A stretch of DNA of 64,000 nucleotides from a virus (IMGVR_UViG_3300027800_000004:12345-76344), one strand, 5' to 3'; positions 28,248-39,117 are shown, counted from the first letter of the stretch. Notes: generated by a model from the sequence alone, not told the origin. Made by a program: numbers and translations.

Positions 28248-29621
28248 TTAGACTTCCATCAAAACGAACTGGTTGCCTCCACGGAAATGCGCTCCAATAT
28301 GCGCACGCATGTAGGTGTACCTGCTGTCAAACTCAGTTACCTTCAGTCCTTCACCGGCACCGCCAACCTGCCAGACTTCCATCCTGCGGTTGTACTTGCC
28401 AAGGCCACGATAGCGGCATCCAATAGATGACACCATGTTGCCAGATACAGGATCCTTACGTTTGTTGATAGGCATCCAGATACCCATTCTCGGAGCCTCA
28501 TAACCTGTGGCACCGTAAAGTTTTGGGTTATTGAATACGCCCATCCTCTTCATAAGGAACGTCCTCTCGGACTTCGTGAGGTAGGTGAAGTTCACTGAAG
28601 CACTCAGAGCTTCGTTGTTGTTGAAAAGAACACTGTTGGTGGCCTGTTTCGTATAATTGATATTGGTGTTTGCGAAATACGTTACAAGTCCATTCTCAAT
28701 GTCCTGATGGAGAGATATACCCAAAAGACCAAGGATGTAGTTTCCTGCATGTTCACGGTCCAGGGTATTATCCATTTCATCAAATTCGTCAACATCAAAT
28801 GCTCCTTGAGCATAGGTCTGCTCGTTCCCTACTCGTCTGATGTAAGGAATCATACCTTCAGTGGTCTTTATTGGCCGGCCCGTGTCCGGGTCTATCAGTC
28901 CTGCGTTGGTAGTGATCTTGTTCCACAGCAATGCTCCGTCAATTTTCAGAGCCATGCGATAGTCAATATCTACCTGTCCAAGAAAATAGTATGCAGGGAT
29001 AGCCTGTCCACGACTGGTCACGTTGAACCATGTCTGGTTGACCATTTCTGTTCCGGTGTAACCGATGGTTTCCTTGATGATCTGAGCCACGTTGTCATAC
29101 CTCCAAACGCCACGAATGGCACCATCTGGCTGACCTGACCCTTCTGACCATGCATCTGTGAAAATCACAAGTTCTTCACCTGCGGCAAGAGCCGGGAACT
29201 GGTCTGATACCTCGTTAGGCTCAACGGTAAGAACCGGTGCGCCAGGAACGGTAGTGTCAATGTCAATGATCGAACCCGGAACTTCATTTGGGAATAGGAT
29301 CTGATCCCAAAGTCTTGGATAGAAGTTATTATTCACATCAAGGTCCTGTGCATCCAGGGTGAAGGAGATAGGATCTCCTACAGCCGGTTGTACAACGGGA
29401 TCAAGGACATGTATAATCTCATGTATCCTGTTCTCTTCCCAATGTCCGTATTCGTCAAGTGATACCTGTTCCTCAAATCCCATTGATCTGAGTAACTGGA
29501 AATACGATGCTCCCTGATCGCCAAAGCGACTGAAAAGCACGTTCAGATTCTCCGGTTTATGAATATCAAATCCGGATACAATGTCTGAGGCATATATTTG
29601 TGCGATTGCTTCTGGTCCCAT
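28248..29621 (-). CDS. Major capsid protein (457 aa)
   Basis: DEYGHWEE, WSEGSGQP, NVAQIIKE, TTEGMIPYI, YRGLGKYNRRM and GGNQFVL motifs; portal-scaffold-MCP gene order. Confidence 0.85.
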   Translation of the reverse strand: MGPEAIAQIYASDIVSGFDIHKPENLNVLFSRFGDQGASYFQLLRSMGFEEQVSLDEYGHWEENRIHEIIHVLDPVVQPAVGDPISFTLDAQDLDVNNNFYPRLWDQILFPNEVPGSIIDIDTTVPGAPVLTVEPNEVSDQFPALAAGEELVIFTDAWSEGSGQPDGAIRGVWRYDNVAQIIKETIGYTGTEMVNQTWFNVTSRGQAIPAYYFLGQVDIDYRMALKIDGALLWNKITTNAGLIDPDTGRPIKTTEGMIPYIRRVGNEQTYAQGAFDVDEFDEMDNTLDREHAGNYILGLLGISLHQDIENGLVTYFANTNINYTKQATNSVLFNNNEALSASVNFTYLTKSERTFLMKRMGVFNNPKLYGATGYEAPRMGIWMPINKRKDPVSGNMVSSIGCRYRGLGKYNRRMEVWQVGGAGEGLKVTEFDSRYTYMRAHIGAHFRGGNQFVLMEV

Positions 29622-29671
29622 TTTATAGGATGTTAATTGTTAAACATAAATATTTGCCTCTCACTCTACTG

Positions 29672-30817
29672 TTATCTCCGGTCCATCTCAGCCTGGAATG
29701 CCTTCTTCTTGGCCTCTTCTTCTTCGTTTATGTCTCCACGATCTACGAGAGGCTGATCATCACCGCCCAATTTTGATGGGTTGTGATAATACTTTAAACT
29801 TTCCTCTTTTGTCAGACTTCTTGCCTTCTCAAAAATAGCATGATTGGCAAGTGCTTCATTTCTGGCCTTGATTTCAGAATACATAAATCTTGCTATTATG
29901 TCAATGTTTTTCTCATTAGCTTCCATCTGGTTGCTGATAGCAAAATCCAATGCGTCTTTCTGAACGGCCTTTAATGTTTCAGGGGGTACAACAAAGTTTA
30001 TAATAGGTTCTTTGCTGTTCGGCAGGAAATAGGGTATCGTAGATAACTTCTCTCCCATTGCCTTGTTTGCCCTGTCCCAGATAGTGTTTGCCTGGGTAGT
30101 CTGTTCTGGAGTCCATTGAATGATCTTTGGCTGCTCTGGTTCCGGTTCGGGGATAGTCAATTTCCCCTTTAATGCTAGAAGCATTGCTTTAGCCTTGGCT
30201 CCCTCTTGGGCAAGGCCAATTTTGTTTACTTCCAGATCTTCTTCGTCCACTTGTGAAGGATCCACATTATAGGTTTTCTCTATATGCTTGCGAAGTTGTG
30301 GCTCCTTTACTATGAGTTCCGGGTTTTCCAACTGTCTTGCCAGGATAATTGCGTTCATGTAGTCCATGTTCGCAATGTCAGATCCGTGCAAGCGGTTGAA
30401 TACATCAAAACTCTTGATGCCTGTCGTTCTTACAAACTCGTTGAACAAAGCCACATCATCGTTTGCAAAGTTCGATTTCGGTTTTGTCGCAAGTTTGCCG
30501 GAGAGATCGTTCTTCTCTGCGGTAAGTGCGTCAACCTGTTGTCTCAACTGGTCGGCCTCTTTAAGTCTTTCAGGAATATTGATTTTTTTCAACTCTTCAA
30601 CTGATGAAAACTGATCACCGAAAATCTCTTTCAGTATGCCAGTCGCATCAGCCGGGGGTGCTGCTTCGCTCTTGGGTGGTACCGGCGGTTGTGCCGGTGG
30701 TTGAGGTGGTGCCGGTTCTCCGGCAATTTGCCGCATGATATCCTCTGGATCCACGCCCTCAATACCTTTTAACGCATCTAATTCTGCTTCTCTGCCTTGT
30801 AATCCTGGTTTTGTCAT
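29672..30817 (-). CDS. Probable capsid scaffolding protein (381 aa)
   Basis: Acidic/Pro-rich N-terminus with coiled coil; lies between portal and MCP. Confidence 0.65.
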   Translation of the reverse strand: MTKPGLQGREAELDALKGIEGVDPEDIMRQIAGEPAPPQPPAQPPVPPKSEAAPPADATGILKEIFGDQFSSVEELKKINIPERLKEADQLRQQVDALTAEKNDLSGKLATKPKSNFANDDVALFNEFVRTTGIKSFDVFNRLHGSDIANMDYMNAIILARQLENPELIVKEPQLRKHIEKTYNVDPSQVDEEDLEVNKIGLAQEGAKAKAMLLALKGKLTIPEPEPEQPKIIQWTPEQTTQANTIWDRANKAMGEKLSTIPYFLPNSKEPIINFVVPPETLKAVQKDALDFAISNQMEANEKNIDIIARFMYSEIKARNEALANHAIFEKARSLTKEESLKYYHNPSKLGGDDQPLVDRGDINEEEEAKKKAFQAEMDRR

Positions 30818-30834
30818 AGCAATGAGTTTAGTTA

Positions 30835-30842
30835 CAAATATA
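30835..30842 (-). promoter_or_regulatory. Bacteroidota-type -7 promoter box TATATTTG upstream of scaffold/MCP
   Basis: Matches TAnnTTTG in a short intergenic gap. Confidence 0.45.
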
Positions 30843-30847
30843 GTTTA

Positions 30848-33154
30848 TTATGCCGATTGTGCTACTGGTGCCTGTGATGCTACTGCAGTCTTTTCGATGG
30901 CGTTCATCGTTGACTGAAGAGCAATCTTTTCTTTCTCCCTGGTGTGATTCAGACCTGCGTATTTCTCTTCCAATTCTTTTAACGCAGTCTCAAACCTAAT
31001 CTTTTCGTCAGTCTCAAACCTAATCTTTTCAAGTTCACCCTTCTGCTTTGACTGTATGCCTTCCAATTCTCTTTGCTTGTCCAGCATCATATTTTCTCGC
31101 TGAAGCTGCAACTGCTGTTCTTTATTTTTTGTACTCCGATAGTTGAGAAATGCTTCTGCATATTTGAGATTTCCGTTCTCAAGTAATCTCTCTATAAGCA
31201 AAAAGTCAGGTAACTCGATTCCTTTGTTGCCATCCCTGTCAGTTGCCATAGCCGCTATCGCTGCCTGGCGAATGGTTTCTTTTCGTTTCTCGGTAGGTTT
31301 GGCCTCGTACTTGATATAGTAATTGGCATCAACGACATCGGCTCCAACACTGATGATCTGTACTCCGGCCCTGCCCAGAACCGGTACATAGCCATCGTAT
31401 GCCTTCTTGTTGTGCTTTATGAGTAACTGCATACGAAGACATACATTCTTTGCCACCCTCTCTTTTGTCGTGATATAAGCGTTATAGATAGGCCGTAAGG
31501 CATTGTTTGTAGCAGCAATAGCCAGTTCTGATCCGCCAACGGATTGTTCCGGATTCGGATTAGACGCATCTGCGACTTGGTTGACACCTGTTACCTCCCT
31601 GATGAAGTTGATATACAGGTCAAAGATCTTAATAAACTCATCAAGCTGCTGGCCCAGACCTCCACTGAGTTCCTGAATAGGCCGGTAGCCTCCCGGTATG
31701 TTTGGCTGACCCTTGTGGGTCGTGGCTTTGTAGAGTAAGTCTCCACTCTGCTTCCGGATCTTCAATATTTCCAAAGGCTCCATCTTGTTACCGCCAAGTT
31801 TCATATTCTGAAGGGCGGTGTATTCGATAGAGATACCGGGAGGGGCGGCCATCGCCAGCGCATTTTGCAGCTTAATGTGAGCCAGTGCTATCTGGTGCAA
31901 GCACGGCTCGGCAGACATAACGATTGACTTATCTGGTCTTTTATAGAAATGATAGGATAATGCTACCTCTTTACCCTCTGGCCTGGGTATGTCGTGTTGT
32001 AGGCCGAAATCATACATAACGTCTGTTCCAATAACCCACTTAGCCTTGTAAACGACATGAATATCATAGACATTTGTTTTCTTCTTCTCTGTGTCTCTGA
32101 CCATTCCCCAATCTTCTTCATAAGTAAGATCTTCGCCATATTGTGTTTTCCTGGTAGTCCAGTATTCGCTATTGACTGACTTCCATTCAAAATCCAGGAC
32201 ATCAATTTTGAAATTACCCCATTTATAAGTAGCATCCTCGCAAGAAACACCTATGTCAAGATCGCTGAGAGTAATGTTACCATTAATCCCGTTGTATTGT
32301 TTTGCCAGTTTATTAATAACTGTCCGGTCAACACTTGGATCCTGCTTAATGATCGTTTCTACGGTTTCCTGCACAATCTCCCCGGCATATCTCATGTTCC
32401 TGTGATCGTAGGAACTGGAATACTGGCCTACAAACATGGCGGGATCCACGTACCTGGTCTTTACCTTTCCAACATAGTTGTCCGTATAGTCTTTTACACA
32501 AATGGCGTTGAATGTAACCATGTCACGGACCATCTTCATCTTTGTCTGTTTCCAATCGGAGATGTAAAAGGTATAATCAAGACCCTCTTCCATCTCTGTC
32601 TCCCGGCTCAACTTAAAGCCTCCCATGCTTGTGTAGAGATCCAGTTCCTCAACACTCTCCGGCATAAACTTCTTTCTTTTTTCCAGGCCCAGGCCGGCTT
32701 CGATCTCATTCACCATATCTGCAAACTGCATGTCAAATGCGGTACGCAACTTCTGTTCTTCTTTTTCCTTGCTGCTTTTTGGGTCAACGGCTGTGGCTAC
32801 AACCTGATGCTCTGTCTGCTCCATCATGCCCTCGATCACGCGCATGAACTTTGGCATTACTGAGAATACGTCAAAGTCCACGTTCATGTATCCTTCCATA
32901 GCACCATCTTCCTCACTCTCATCCAGAAGGATCTTTTGATACTTCAAAACATTCTGGTTGCCGTTGGCTAGGTCACGGAGTTCCTGTATCTCTTTAAGTC
33001 TGTTGTAGGGAATACATGTGAGGTTTTTCAACCATTGCGAGACAATGGCCTCGGCCCATTTTTTTGCCCAACTCTTCCCCTTCTTTTTCGGATTAATATT
33101 ATCGTCTGGGAACGGATATGAGCCTGTGCTATACTGGTCGTATGGTACTACCAT
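30848..33154 (-). CDS. Portal protein (768 aa)
   Basis: Size and position after TerL; LANGNQNVLKY, VMPKFMRVIEG, YVDPA, YAGE, YKAKWVIGT and IREVTGVN motifs. Confidence 0.88.
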   Translation of the reverse strand: MVVPYDQYSTGSYPFPDDNINPKKKGKSWAKKWAEAIVSQWLKNLTCIPYNRLKEIQELRDLANGNQNVLKYQKILLDESEEDGAMEGYMNVDFDVFSVMPKFMRVIEGMMEQTEHQVVATAVDPKSSKEKEEQKLRTAFDMQFADMVNEIEAGLGLEKRKKFMPESVEELDLYTSMGGFKLSRETEMEEGLDYTFYISDWKQTKMKMVRDMVTFNAICVKDYTDNYVGKVKTRYVDPAMFVGQYSSSYDHRNMRYAGEIVQETVETIIKQDPSVDRTVINKLAKQYNGINGNITLSDLDIGVSCEDATYKWGNFKIDVLDFEWKSVNSEYWTTRKTQYGEDLTYEEDWGMVRDTEKKKTNVYDIHVVYKAKWVIGTDVMYDFGLQHDIPRPEGKEVALSYHFYKRPDKSIVMSAEPCLHQIALAHIKLQNALAMAAPPGISIEYTALQNMKLGGNKMEPLEILKIRKQSGDLLYKATTHKGQPNIPGGYRPIQELSGGLGQQLDEFIKIFDLYINFIREVTGVNQVADASNPNPEQSVGGSELAIAATNNALRPIYNAYITTKERVAKNVCLRMQLLIKHNKKAYDGYVPVLGRAGVQIISVGADVVDANYYIKYEAKPTEKRKETIRQAAIAAMATDRDGNKGIELPDFLLIERLLENGNLKYAEAFLNYRSTKNKEQQLQLQRENMMLDKQRELEGIQSKQKGELEKIRFETDEKIRFETALKELEEKYAGLNHTREKEKIALQSTMNAIEKTAVASQAPVAQSA

Positions 33155-33182
33155 TCTTAAAAATTTTTATAAAGTTAGATTT

Positions 33183-35423
33183 TTATTTCGGCTTGTAATA
33201 TCTTTTCTTGATGTAAGCGTCTATCTCGTATTCCTGTTCATCCAACTTCGCCATCTCATCATAGATGCCGTGTGTGCCAAGCAACGCATATCCGCCTGCC
33301 GTAAACAGGTCATAGTTAGTCATATCTTCCGGCCCCTCAATGTCTCTACATTCTTCCAGGACTTCGATATGTTTTTCCGTATCTGCCTCGTTCTCTATCC
33401 AGGTCATCCATTCGGTGAAGATATCCTGTTTGATCTTTTCGCTGGTCTGCCCTCCGGGTGTCTTGCCAAACTCAAAGGTTTTTGGATCCACTTTGTAGAG
33501 CAAGTATCCACCATATCCTCTTTCATCAAAATAATCCCAGAGAAACGGTACGTTTATTTCCGGAAACATCTGTACTCCGTAATAGACGCACATCTTTATC
33601 ATGTCCTCGCCATATTCATTCTTGTCAAATGTCCTGTTGGCATAGGTACATGCGAAGTTGCGCCTCAGACTGAAATCGCCATCCTTAAGTTTTCCTTTCT
33701 TAACAACGGCACCGCCACCCTTTGATTTGCGGTTCCCCTCTGTCTTATTGAACTTAAACGGGTCCCCTCCGGCCACACCCCATTGAGTGTTCCCTGGCAT
33801 CCATGTCTCTTCGTCCTCGCTCCAATATTTGCGATTTGCCTCTCTCTCTTCAAGTTGGTGGCTTACAACGAATTTTCCAGTAGGCTTTAGACGAAAAACG
33901 ACATCCGAATCTCTTTTGTTATCCTTCCACTCAAAATCTCCCCTGGTTGTCATTGCACGGCTGAATGACAGGTCATCAATGTATGTCTCCAACTTATTCA
34001 TATTGAATCCGGATGACTTTGCTGCTGTGCGGAAACACTCTGCAAACCTTATCGGGTATAGCCGGATCTCTTCCGAAAGACCTTCCTGGTCTCCGGCATC
34101 TATATAACCTTTCCTTCGGTTTAGAAGATATTCTCTGGCTCCGATCTTATGTCCGATATACTCTGCCTGGCGTTTATTTGGTGTTCCGACAACACTCATC
34201 CCATACTCGTCAATGAATCCCTGTAACCCATCGTCCGCAGGAATGAATAAGACTGCCAGTCCGGATCTCGTTTGCCCGTTTGGAGTCCTGATGTAGTAAT
34301 CACTCATCATGCACTGATGTTTGAATACACGGCCACCACCACGCTCCATCTCGCCAACGGTTGAGGTTTTTATAGTATATCCAATGATCTCAGATCCCAT
34401 GACCAGACACTCTTTGACAACCGTGTGCCGGTCCCAACACGACAGACCTTTCTTTAATTTACCAACCTCGTCATCGTGATGGAAGTACAGTTTATCTCCG
34501 TCATAGGCTGACGGATCGGCCATTTCGTAGTTTATGCCAGACTCAAGACCCAGTTCTGATGTTGACAATGCTCCCCGGCTTGACAATCTCTTTGCCGGTG
34601 GAGAGAAGGATAGTTCTGATTTTGGAGAGGTAGATCCTTCATAGTTAGGTTTGAAGAAGAATGGCAGTTTTTTCCAGGGTCCTACAAGGTGTCTCAGGAA
34701 GCATTTGCGGGACTGTTCATCATTCATGGATTGGATGCCTCCCCAGGCTCCCATCGTGCGACTGATGATCTCGTAGTTGATACACTCGGCCTTATATGTG
34801 GCTCCTTCCCTACGGTGTTTGGGATAATTGAACCCGTAAAACAATCTTTTGCCAAACTCTATCCACTCATATTCCCCGGCATTGTTCTTTACCGCAAACC
34901 CCTTTCCATCGCATCTGGGTGCTTTTGTCTCATTAAAGATCTTTCGTGCAAATAAGAAGAACCTGCGGTCTCTGTCCCTGTATTTTGGCAGTCCAACGTC
35001 AATGTTCCACCACGCGCAATAGAAATAGTGCCATCCATCTATGTATGTCGGCACCCCGTTGTTAAAGAACCAGTATCCATTGAGCCTGTAATACCAGGAT
35101 TTTTTCATAAACTCTATCTCATGCTCGTAGATATCCTTGTTATTCTCTATCTCGGCCCAGATCTCGTCAAGGGTTTCATATTTTATCTGAAGTTCCTTGA
35201 GTTTTTTTGACAGTCTTGGCGGTTGCCATTTCTGTTCTGCAGCCGGTAGGCCAAATCCGTCTATCAGATGATAGTCCGGTGCTTCAGGAAGATCTATTTT
35301 TATCGGGATAAGATCTTTGTCATCCTTATTTACCCATACAAATCTGTCCGCATAGTCATACTGCGCCAATATTGTTGGATTAACCTCTCTGCCATATCTC
35401 TTTAAGAGTTGTAGTGGCCCCAT
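33183..35423 (-). CDS. terL: Terminase large subunit (746 aa)
   Basis: GYWFFNNG.PTYIDG.HYFY, YPKHRREGAT (Walker-A variant), YDGDKL...DEVGK, TSTVGEM and GGDPF nuclease motifs. Confidence 0.92.
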   Translation of the reverse strand: MGPLQLLKRYGREVNPTILAQYDYADRFVWVNKDDKDLIPIKIDLPEAPDYHLIDGFGLPAAEQKWQPPRLSKKLKELQIKYETLDEIWAEIENNKDIYEHEIEFMKKSWYYRLNGYWFFNNGVPTYIDGWHYFYCAWWNIDVGLPKYRDRDRRFFLFARKIFNETKAPRCDGKGFAVKNNAGEYEWIEFGKRLFYGFNYPKHRREGATYKAECINYEIISRTMGAWGGIQSMNDEQSRKCFLRHLVGPWKKLPFFFKPNYEGSTSPKSELSFSPPAKRLSSRGALSTSELGLESGINYEMADPSAYDGDKLYFHHDDEVGKLKKGLSCWDRHTVVKECLVMGSEIIGYTIKTSTVGEMERGGGRVFKHQCMMSDYYIRTPNGQTRSGLAVLFIPADDGLQGFIDEYGMSVVGTPNKRQAEYIGHKIGAREYLLNRRKGYIDAGDQEGLSEEIRLYPIRFAECFRTAAKSSGFNMNKLETYIDDLSFSRAMTTRGDFEWKDNKRDSDVVFRLKPTGKFVVSHQLEEREANRKYWSEDEETWMPGNTQWGVAGGDPFKFNKTEGNRKSKGGGAVVKKGKLKDGDFSLRRNFACTYANRTFDKNEYGEDMIKMCVYYGVQMFPEINVPFLWDYFDERGYGGYLLYKVDPKTFEFGKTPGGQTSEKIKQDIFTEWMTWIENEADTEKHIEVLEECRDIEGPEDMTNYDLFTAGGYALLGTHGIYDEMAKLDEQEYEIDAYIKKRYYKPK

Positions 35424-35425
35424 GA

Positions 35426-36019
35426 CTAGTTATGGACAAAAAGTGGTTTCTCTATATGGATAATCTTCAATGCCATTTTTCTGCATAATGCACCACATTC
35501 TACGGCAAATGTACCATCTGCCGAGTGGTTTGTGTTTTTAAAGCCAATCTTCTTTGCAATATCCAATCTGGTTATAAAGGATCCCATGTCAATGTAGTCT
35601 ATTCTTAACTGTGACTGAAGGACTCCGTACTGAAGATATGAATGAAGGGTGTCGCAAAAGACAAGTCCTACACGGGTAGTACAGAGCCTCAGCATCATCT
35701 CTACAAATTTCGGAACATAATAGTTGTCATCATTGGTTATGAGAAGATAGTCTGAGTGGTTGAATGGCAGTTTTTTTAACTGCAAGTCTCTGTTAGGATG
35801 GCCAAAGCTGCCATTTACAGATGGCGTTTCTATAAAAGTTATCCTTTTATCCTGTTCATATTCGCGCATGTATATTATCATTTCATCCGGTGCCGGTCCG
35901 TCATGAACGACATACAATCTCCATCGCGGATCTGTCTGAAGCTGCAAACTGGTTATGAGAATACGCAAAGGCAATGTCCTTTGATAAACCGTGCAGATTA
36001 TATGTAAAATGCCGGTCAT
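35426..36019 (-). CDS. Glycosyltransferase family 2-like (197 aa)
   Basis: VVHDGP, GHPNR, TNDDNYY (DxD) and IDMGSF motifs. Confidence 0.8.
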   Translation of the reverse strand: MTGILHIICTVYQRTLPLRILITSLQLQTDPRWRLYVVHDGPAPDEMIIYMREYEQDKRITFIETPSVNGSFGHPNRDLQLKKLPFNHSDYLLITNDDNYYVPKFVEMMLRLCTTRVGLVFCDTLHSYLQYGVLQSQLRIDYIDMGSFITRLDIAKKIGFKNTNHSADGTFAVECGALCRKMALKIIHIEKPLFVHN

Positions 36020-36729
36020 CTTTTTCGGTAGTTATTCTCTGGATAAACGAGGTTATAATGCCCTCTTCCGGATATCAACCTCTCTTTGCTGTTGTATCCG
36101 GAGTTGTGTATTTCAAAGGCTTTTGCCTCCTTGTTTGAGCCGATCCAGAACTCTCTTTTAAAACGCCAGGGATCATCGAGATAGGAATGGTCAAGTGTGT
36201 TGATATAATCTGTTCTTGCCCACCAAAAGTTTCCGGAGAAATGCGGCCAGTATCCCAGGGGAGTATCTTTATTCCACATCACTCCGCAGCAATCATATCC
36301 TTTCTCAAGAATCTTTATGCTGTCACACCATTTTTCTATGGCAAAATATTCCATATATCTTCTCCATGATTCTGTTGGTGCGGTGAGTTGAGTAATGCCT
36401 TTAGTGTGAAAATAGCAAACATAGTCTCCGGGGTTTTTTGCCGAATAGTCTCTTATAAACTTTAAAGTATCGGACTCATCTTTGTTATCGTCATAGACCA
36501 TGATGGTGATCTTAGAACTATCCATCGCGCTATCAATCTTTCCACAGAACCACCTTAACCACTCCAGATGCTTGGAAGACTTTTCTGTTTTCGGATTAAT
36601 TACCCCAATATAAAATTTGTCACATGCTTCTAACAGGCCCGAATTGATTACGTTCTCCATCTGGTCGGTAATCATGTCAACACAATGATCTATCAGATAC
36701 ACATGATAGGCAGCAACGATCTTTTTCAT
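36016..36729 (-). CDS. Putative glycosyltransferase-like protein (237 aa)
   Basis: ESDTL, YFHTKG, WRRYMEYF, HFSGNFWWAR.DYI..L and EFWIG motifs; paralogue of 37928..38482. Confidence 0.55.
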   Translation of the reverse strand: MKKIVAAYHVYLIDHCVDMITDQMENVINSGLLEACDKFYIGVINPKTEKSSKHLEWLRWFCGKIDSAMDSSKITIMVYDDNKDESDTLKFIRDYSAKNPGDYVCYFHTKGITQLTAPTESWRRYMEYFAIEKWCDSIKILEKGYDCCGVMWNKDTPLGYWPHFSGNFWWARTDYINTLDHSYLDDPWRFKREFWIGSNKEAKAFEIHNSGYNSKERLISGRGHYNLVYPENNYRKR

Positions 36730-37949
36730 AATATCTTGATATCGGGAAACATTACAATGAATTTTCCATCATACTGACCTTTTAAAGACTCGATGATGTA
36801 ATCACGAAAGTTATGAGCCAGGATAAGGATGTAGTCAATATGGTTGTCTTTTAAAACATCCCGGCTGACTACCTCTATGCCGGTGCCTGGCACGAACTTA
36901 TTTTGTTTGAAAGGGGTATCATCAATGATGAACTTCATAATGGAATAGTCAATTCCGCAAGTGTTTAGAAACACACAACCCTTTGCGGCCGCACCAAACC
37001 CTGCGATGACCTTTCCCTGAGAGATCAGGTCCGCAATGAACTTCTGAAACTCCTCAATCTTCTGGTGTGTTCGTTTGCCCCATTTTATGCAATACTCTTC
37101 CGTAAGTGTCTTTTCAAGATTGAGAAAAGATGCTATGGTGGTATCCGGTGTTCGTGATGATGTTTTCTTGGCACTCAAGACCCGGAGGGTGCCGGCGTGC
37201 ATGTCGTGGTAAGAAACATTGATGACCTTTAACCCTTCCTGGTCAAGCAGATCTATGATGTTTTGCAGACAGTAGTAGTACACATGTTCGTGATAGATCT
37301 GGTCGTAGTTGTCGTTGGCAAGGGTTGTGAGGATATATGGAAACTCCAAGCACCATATTCCATCGTTTGTGAGTGACTGCCGGATCCCGCGGACGAAAGA
37401 CCTGATAGGTTCGGTATGCTGAAATACGTTTGTTGAGGTGATAAGTTTTGCCTTATATGGCAATCTGATCTTATCGTCAAAATACTCGCAGATATATTCG
37501 ATGCTGATCTCCTTATTGATGTCAATGAAGCTGCGGCTGCAATCAATGTTGATGTATGTTGGGGACCGGTTCTCTTTCTTAAACTCCAAAAGAAGGCTTC
37601 CATCATTGCCGCCAATATCCACAACAATATCATCCTTCTGCAATGTGATAAACCACGACAGGTAATCATACATGTTGGCGCAATGGTCCAGGTATGGCTT
37701 GTTGACTCCGGAACGGTAAAGATAGTTCAGAAAGATGCCGTCCCGGTCAACACACTCGGTCAGGCTGGTCAACTTACTTTCCGGGAAGAATTGAATAGCC
37801 AGGGGAAATTTTTCGCAGTCAAGAGATTCTTGCATTGTCAGGCAAAGGTTATTTACCAATGGCACTTTGCCCAGGTTAAGGTATTCTACGGACTCCTTAC
37901 TTCCACTAATTGGACATTGGGTTATTTTCATGGTTTTGAGTATATCCAA
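36726..37949 (-). CDS. SAM-dependent NDP-sugar C-methyltransferase-like protein (407 aa)
   Basis: LNLGKVPLVN, YLYRSG, DIGGNDGSLL, NVFQH, YDQIYHEH..YY, GFGAAAKG, DDTPFKQNKFVPG and ILAHNF motifs. Confidence 0.88.
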   Translation of the reverse strand: MDILKTMKITQCPISGSKESVEYLNLGKVPLVNNLCLTMQESLDCEKFPLAIQFFPESKLTSLTECVDRDGIFLNYLYRSGVNKPYLDHCANMYDYLSWFITLQKDDIVVDIGGNDGSLLLEFKKENRSPTYINIDCSRSFIDINKEISIEYICEYFDDKIRLPYKAKLITSTNVFQHTEPIRSFVRGIRQSLTNDGIWCLEFPYILTTLANDNYDQIYHEHVYYYCLQNIIDLLDQEGLKVINVSYHDMHAGTLRVLSAKKTSSRTPDTTIASFLNLEKTLTEEYCIKWGKRTHQKIEEFQKFIADLISQGKVIAGFGAAAKGCVFLNTCGIDYSIMKFIIDDTPFKQNKFVPGTGIEVVSRDVLKDNHIDYILILAHNFRDYIIESLKGQYDGKFIVMFPDIKIL

Positions 37950-38482
37950 TATTCTGCATTAAAGCGATCTGTCTGATCTATTTCGGAAAGTGGTTTTAGC
38001 CGTGATAATCTTTTACGATCAAACCAAAAGTAATTTCCGGAAAATCTTTTGGGTATAGACAGGTAGTTTACCGAAGAGATATCATATCCTGTTTCAATAA
38101 GATCCTTATGATGCTGCCACTGACTGAGCATTATGAAATTAAGAAACATCCTCTCTTTCGTCTGCATGGTATCTTTTGGCCTGGTTACACCTTTGAGATG
38201 AAAATAGAAACCAACATAATTACTGGGGTCCTGCTCTATAAGTTTCAATGTGGCAAACTCATATTCAAGAGGATTTGTTGTTTGATAGCATAATGCAAAC
38301 TTCATTTTTGGATATAATAATTGCATTAATTTATCAATATCTTGTTGTGATCCAATACATCCCATCTTAATCTCGGCACAACTATCGTAGAGATGGGATG
38401 CAACCAATATATTCAACTGTTCATTTACGATAGCCTCCCAGTTGTTGATGAGGTACAGATGCCAATAGCCTTTTATAATCAT
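37928..38482 (-). CDS. Putative glycosyltransferase-like protein, paralogue of 36016..36729 (184 aa)
   Basis: YEFATL, YFHLKG, FSGNYFW and RFNAEYWI motifs. Confidence 0.55.
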   Translation of the reverse strand: MIIKGYWHLYLINNWEAIVNEQLNILVASHLYDSCAEIKMGCIGSQQDIDKLMQLLYPKMKFALCYQTTNPLEYEFATLKLIEQDPSNYVGFYFHLKGVTRPKDTMQTKERMFLNFIMLSQWQHHKDLIETGYDISSVNYLSIPKRFSGNYFWFDRKRLSRLKPLSEIDQTDRFNAEYWIYSKP

Positions 38483-39117
38483 GTGTCCTTGATTGAGATT
38501 GGTGATTCTCCGTTCTGTGTTTTTTTCGCAATATCCTCCGGTCTTAACTGCAATCGCTCATCCTCCATGTAACGTAGGATCTCATCCTTGAGATATGGAT
38601 TGTTATCCTGGTTGAGTATTTCCATAAGCGTATCTTCCAACTCCGTCTGAATATTTCGCGCGTCACCGATTTGCTTTGTAGATCCTCCCATGATATCCAG
38701 CATGATTGAGTAGTAGGATGTCTCGATGCTAACAAGGAAAGCATATTTAAAATTTCTGTGGAGTCTGACATATTCTACTATTTTTTGATTTACAATTCTG
38801 TTTCTTCCTTTCAGTAGATCTTCTATTGGTGGCGCAAAGATACCTCCTCCGGTGTCTTCAAATCCTACATCGTGGGCCACCTCAATCTTTCTCTTCAGGA
38901 CATCGGAGTATTTCTTCCGGTAGGGGGAGTTCTTATCATACATGCAAAGGATATATTTCAACAATAGATCGTTGTCGATGCCCTCTCCGGGATCCAGCCG
39001 GAACGCGCGGACCTTGGCCAACTCCTTGTAAAACTTCAGCACACCGGATCCCTCCGGTACCCTGGCCGGATTATACATCATCTGGGAAAACTCTCTCTCG
39101 TTGAACTGGCTCTTCAT
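38479..39117 (-). CDS. Conserved hypothetical protein, candidate terminase small subunit (212 aa)
   Basis: KYILCMYDKNSP motif, helical; upstream of TerL once the glyco cluster is discounted. Confidence 0.45.
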   Translation of the reverse strand: MKSQFNEREFSQMMYNPARVPEGSGVLKFYKELAKVRAFRLDPGEGIDNDLLLKYILCMYDKNSPYRKKYSDVLKRKIEVAHDVGFEDTGGGIFAPPIEDLLKGRNRIVNQKIVEYVRLHRNFKYAFLVSIETSYYSIMLDIMGGSTKQIGDARNIQTELEDTLMEILNQDNNPYLKDEILRYMEDERLQLRPEDIAKKTQNGESPISIKDT

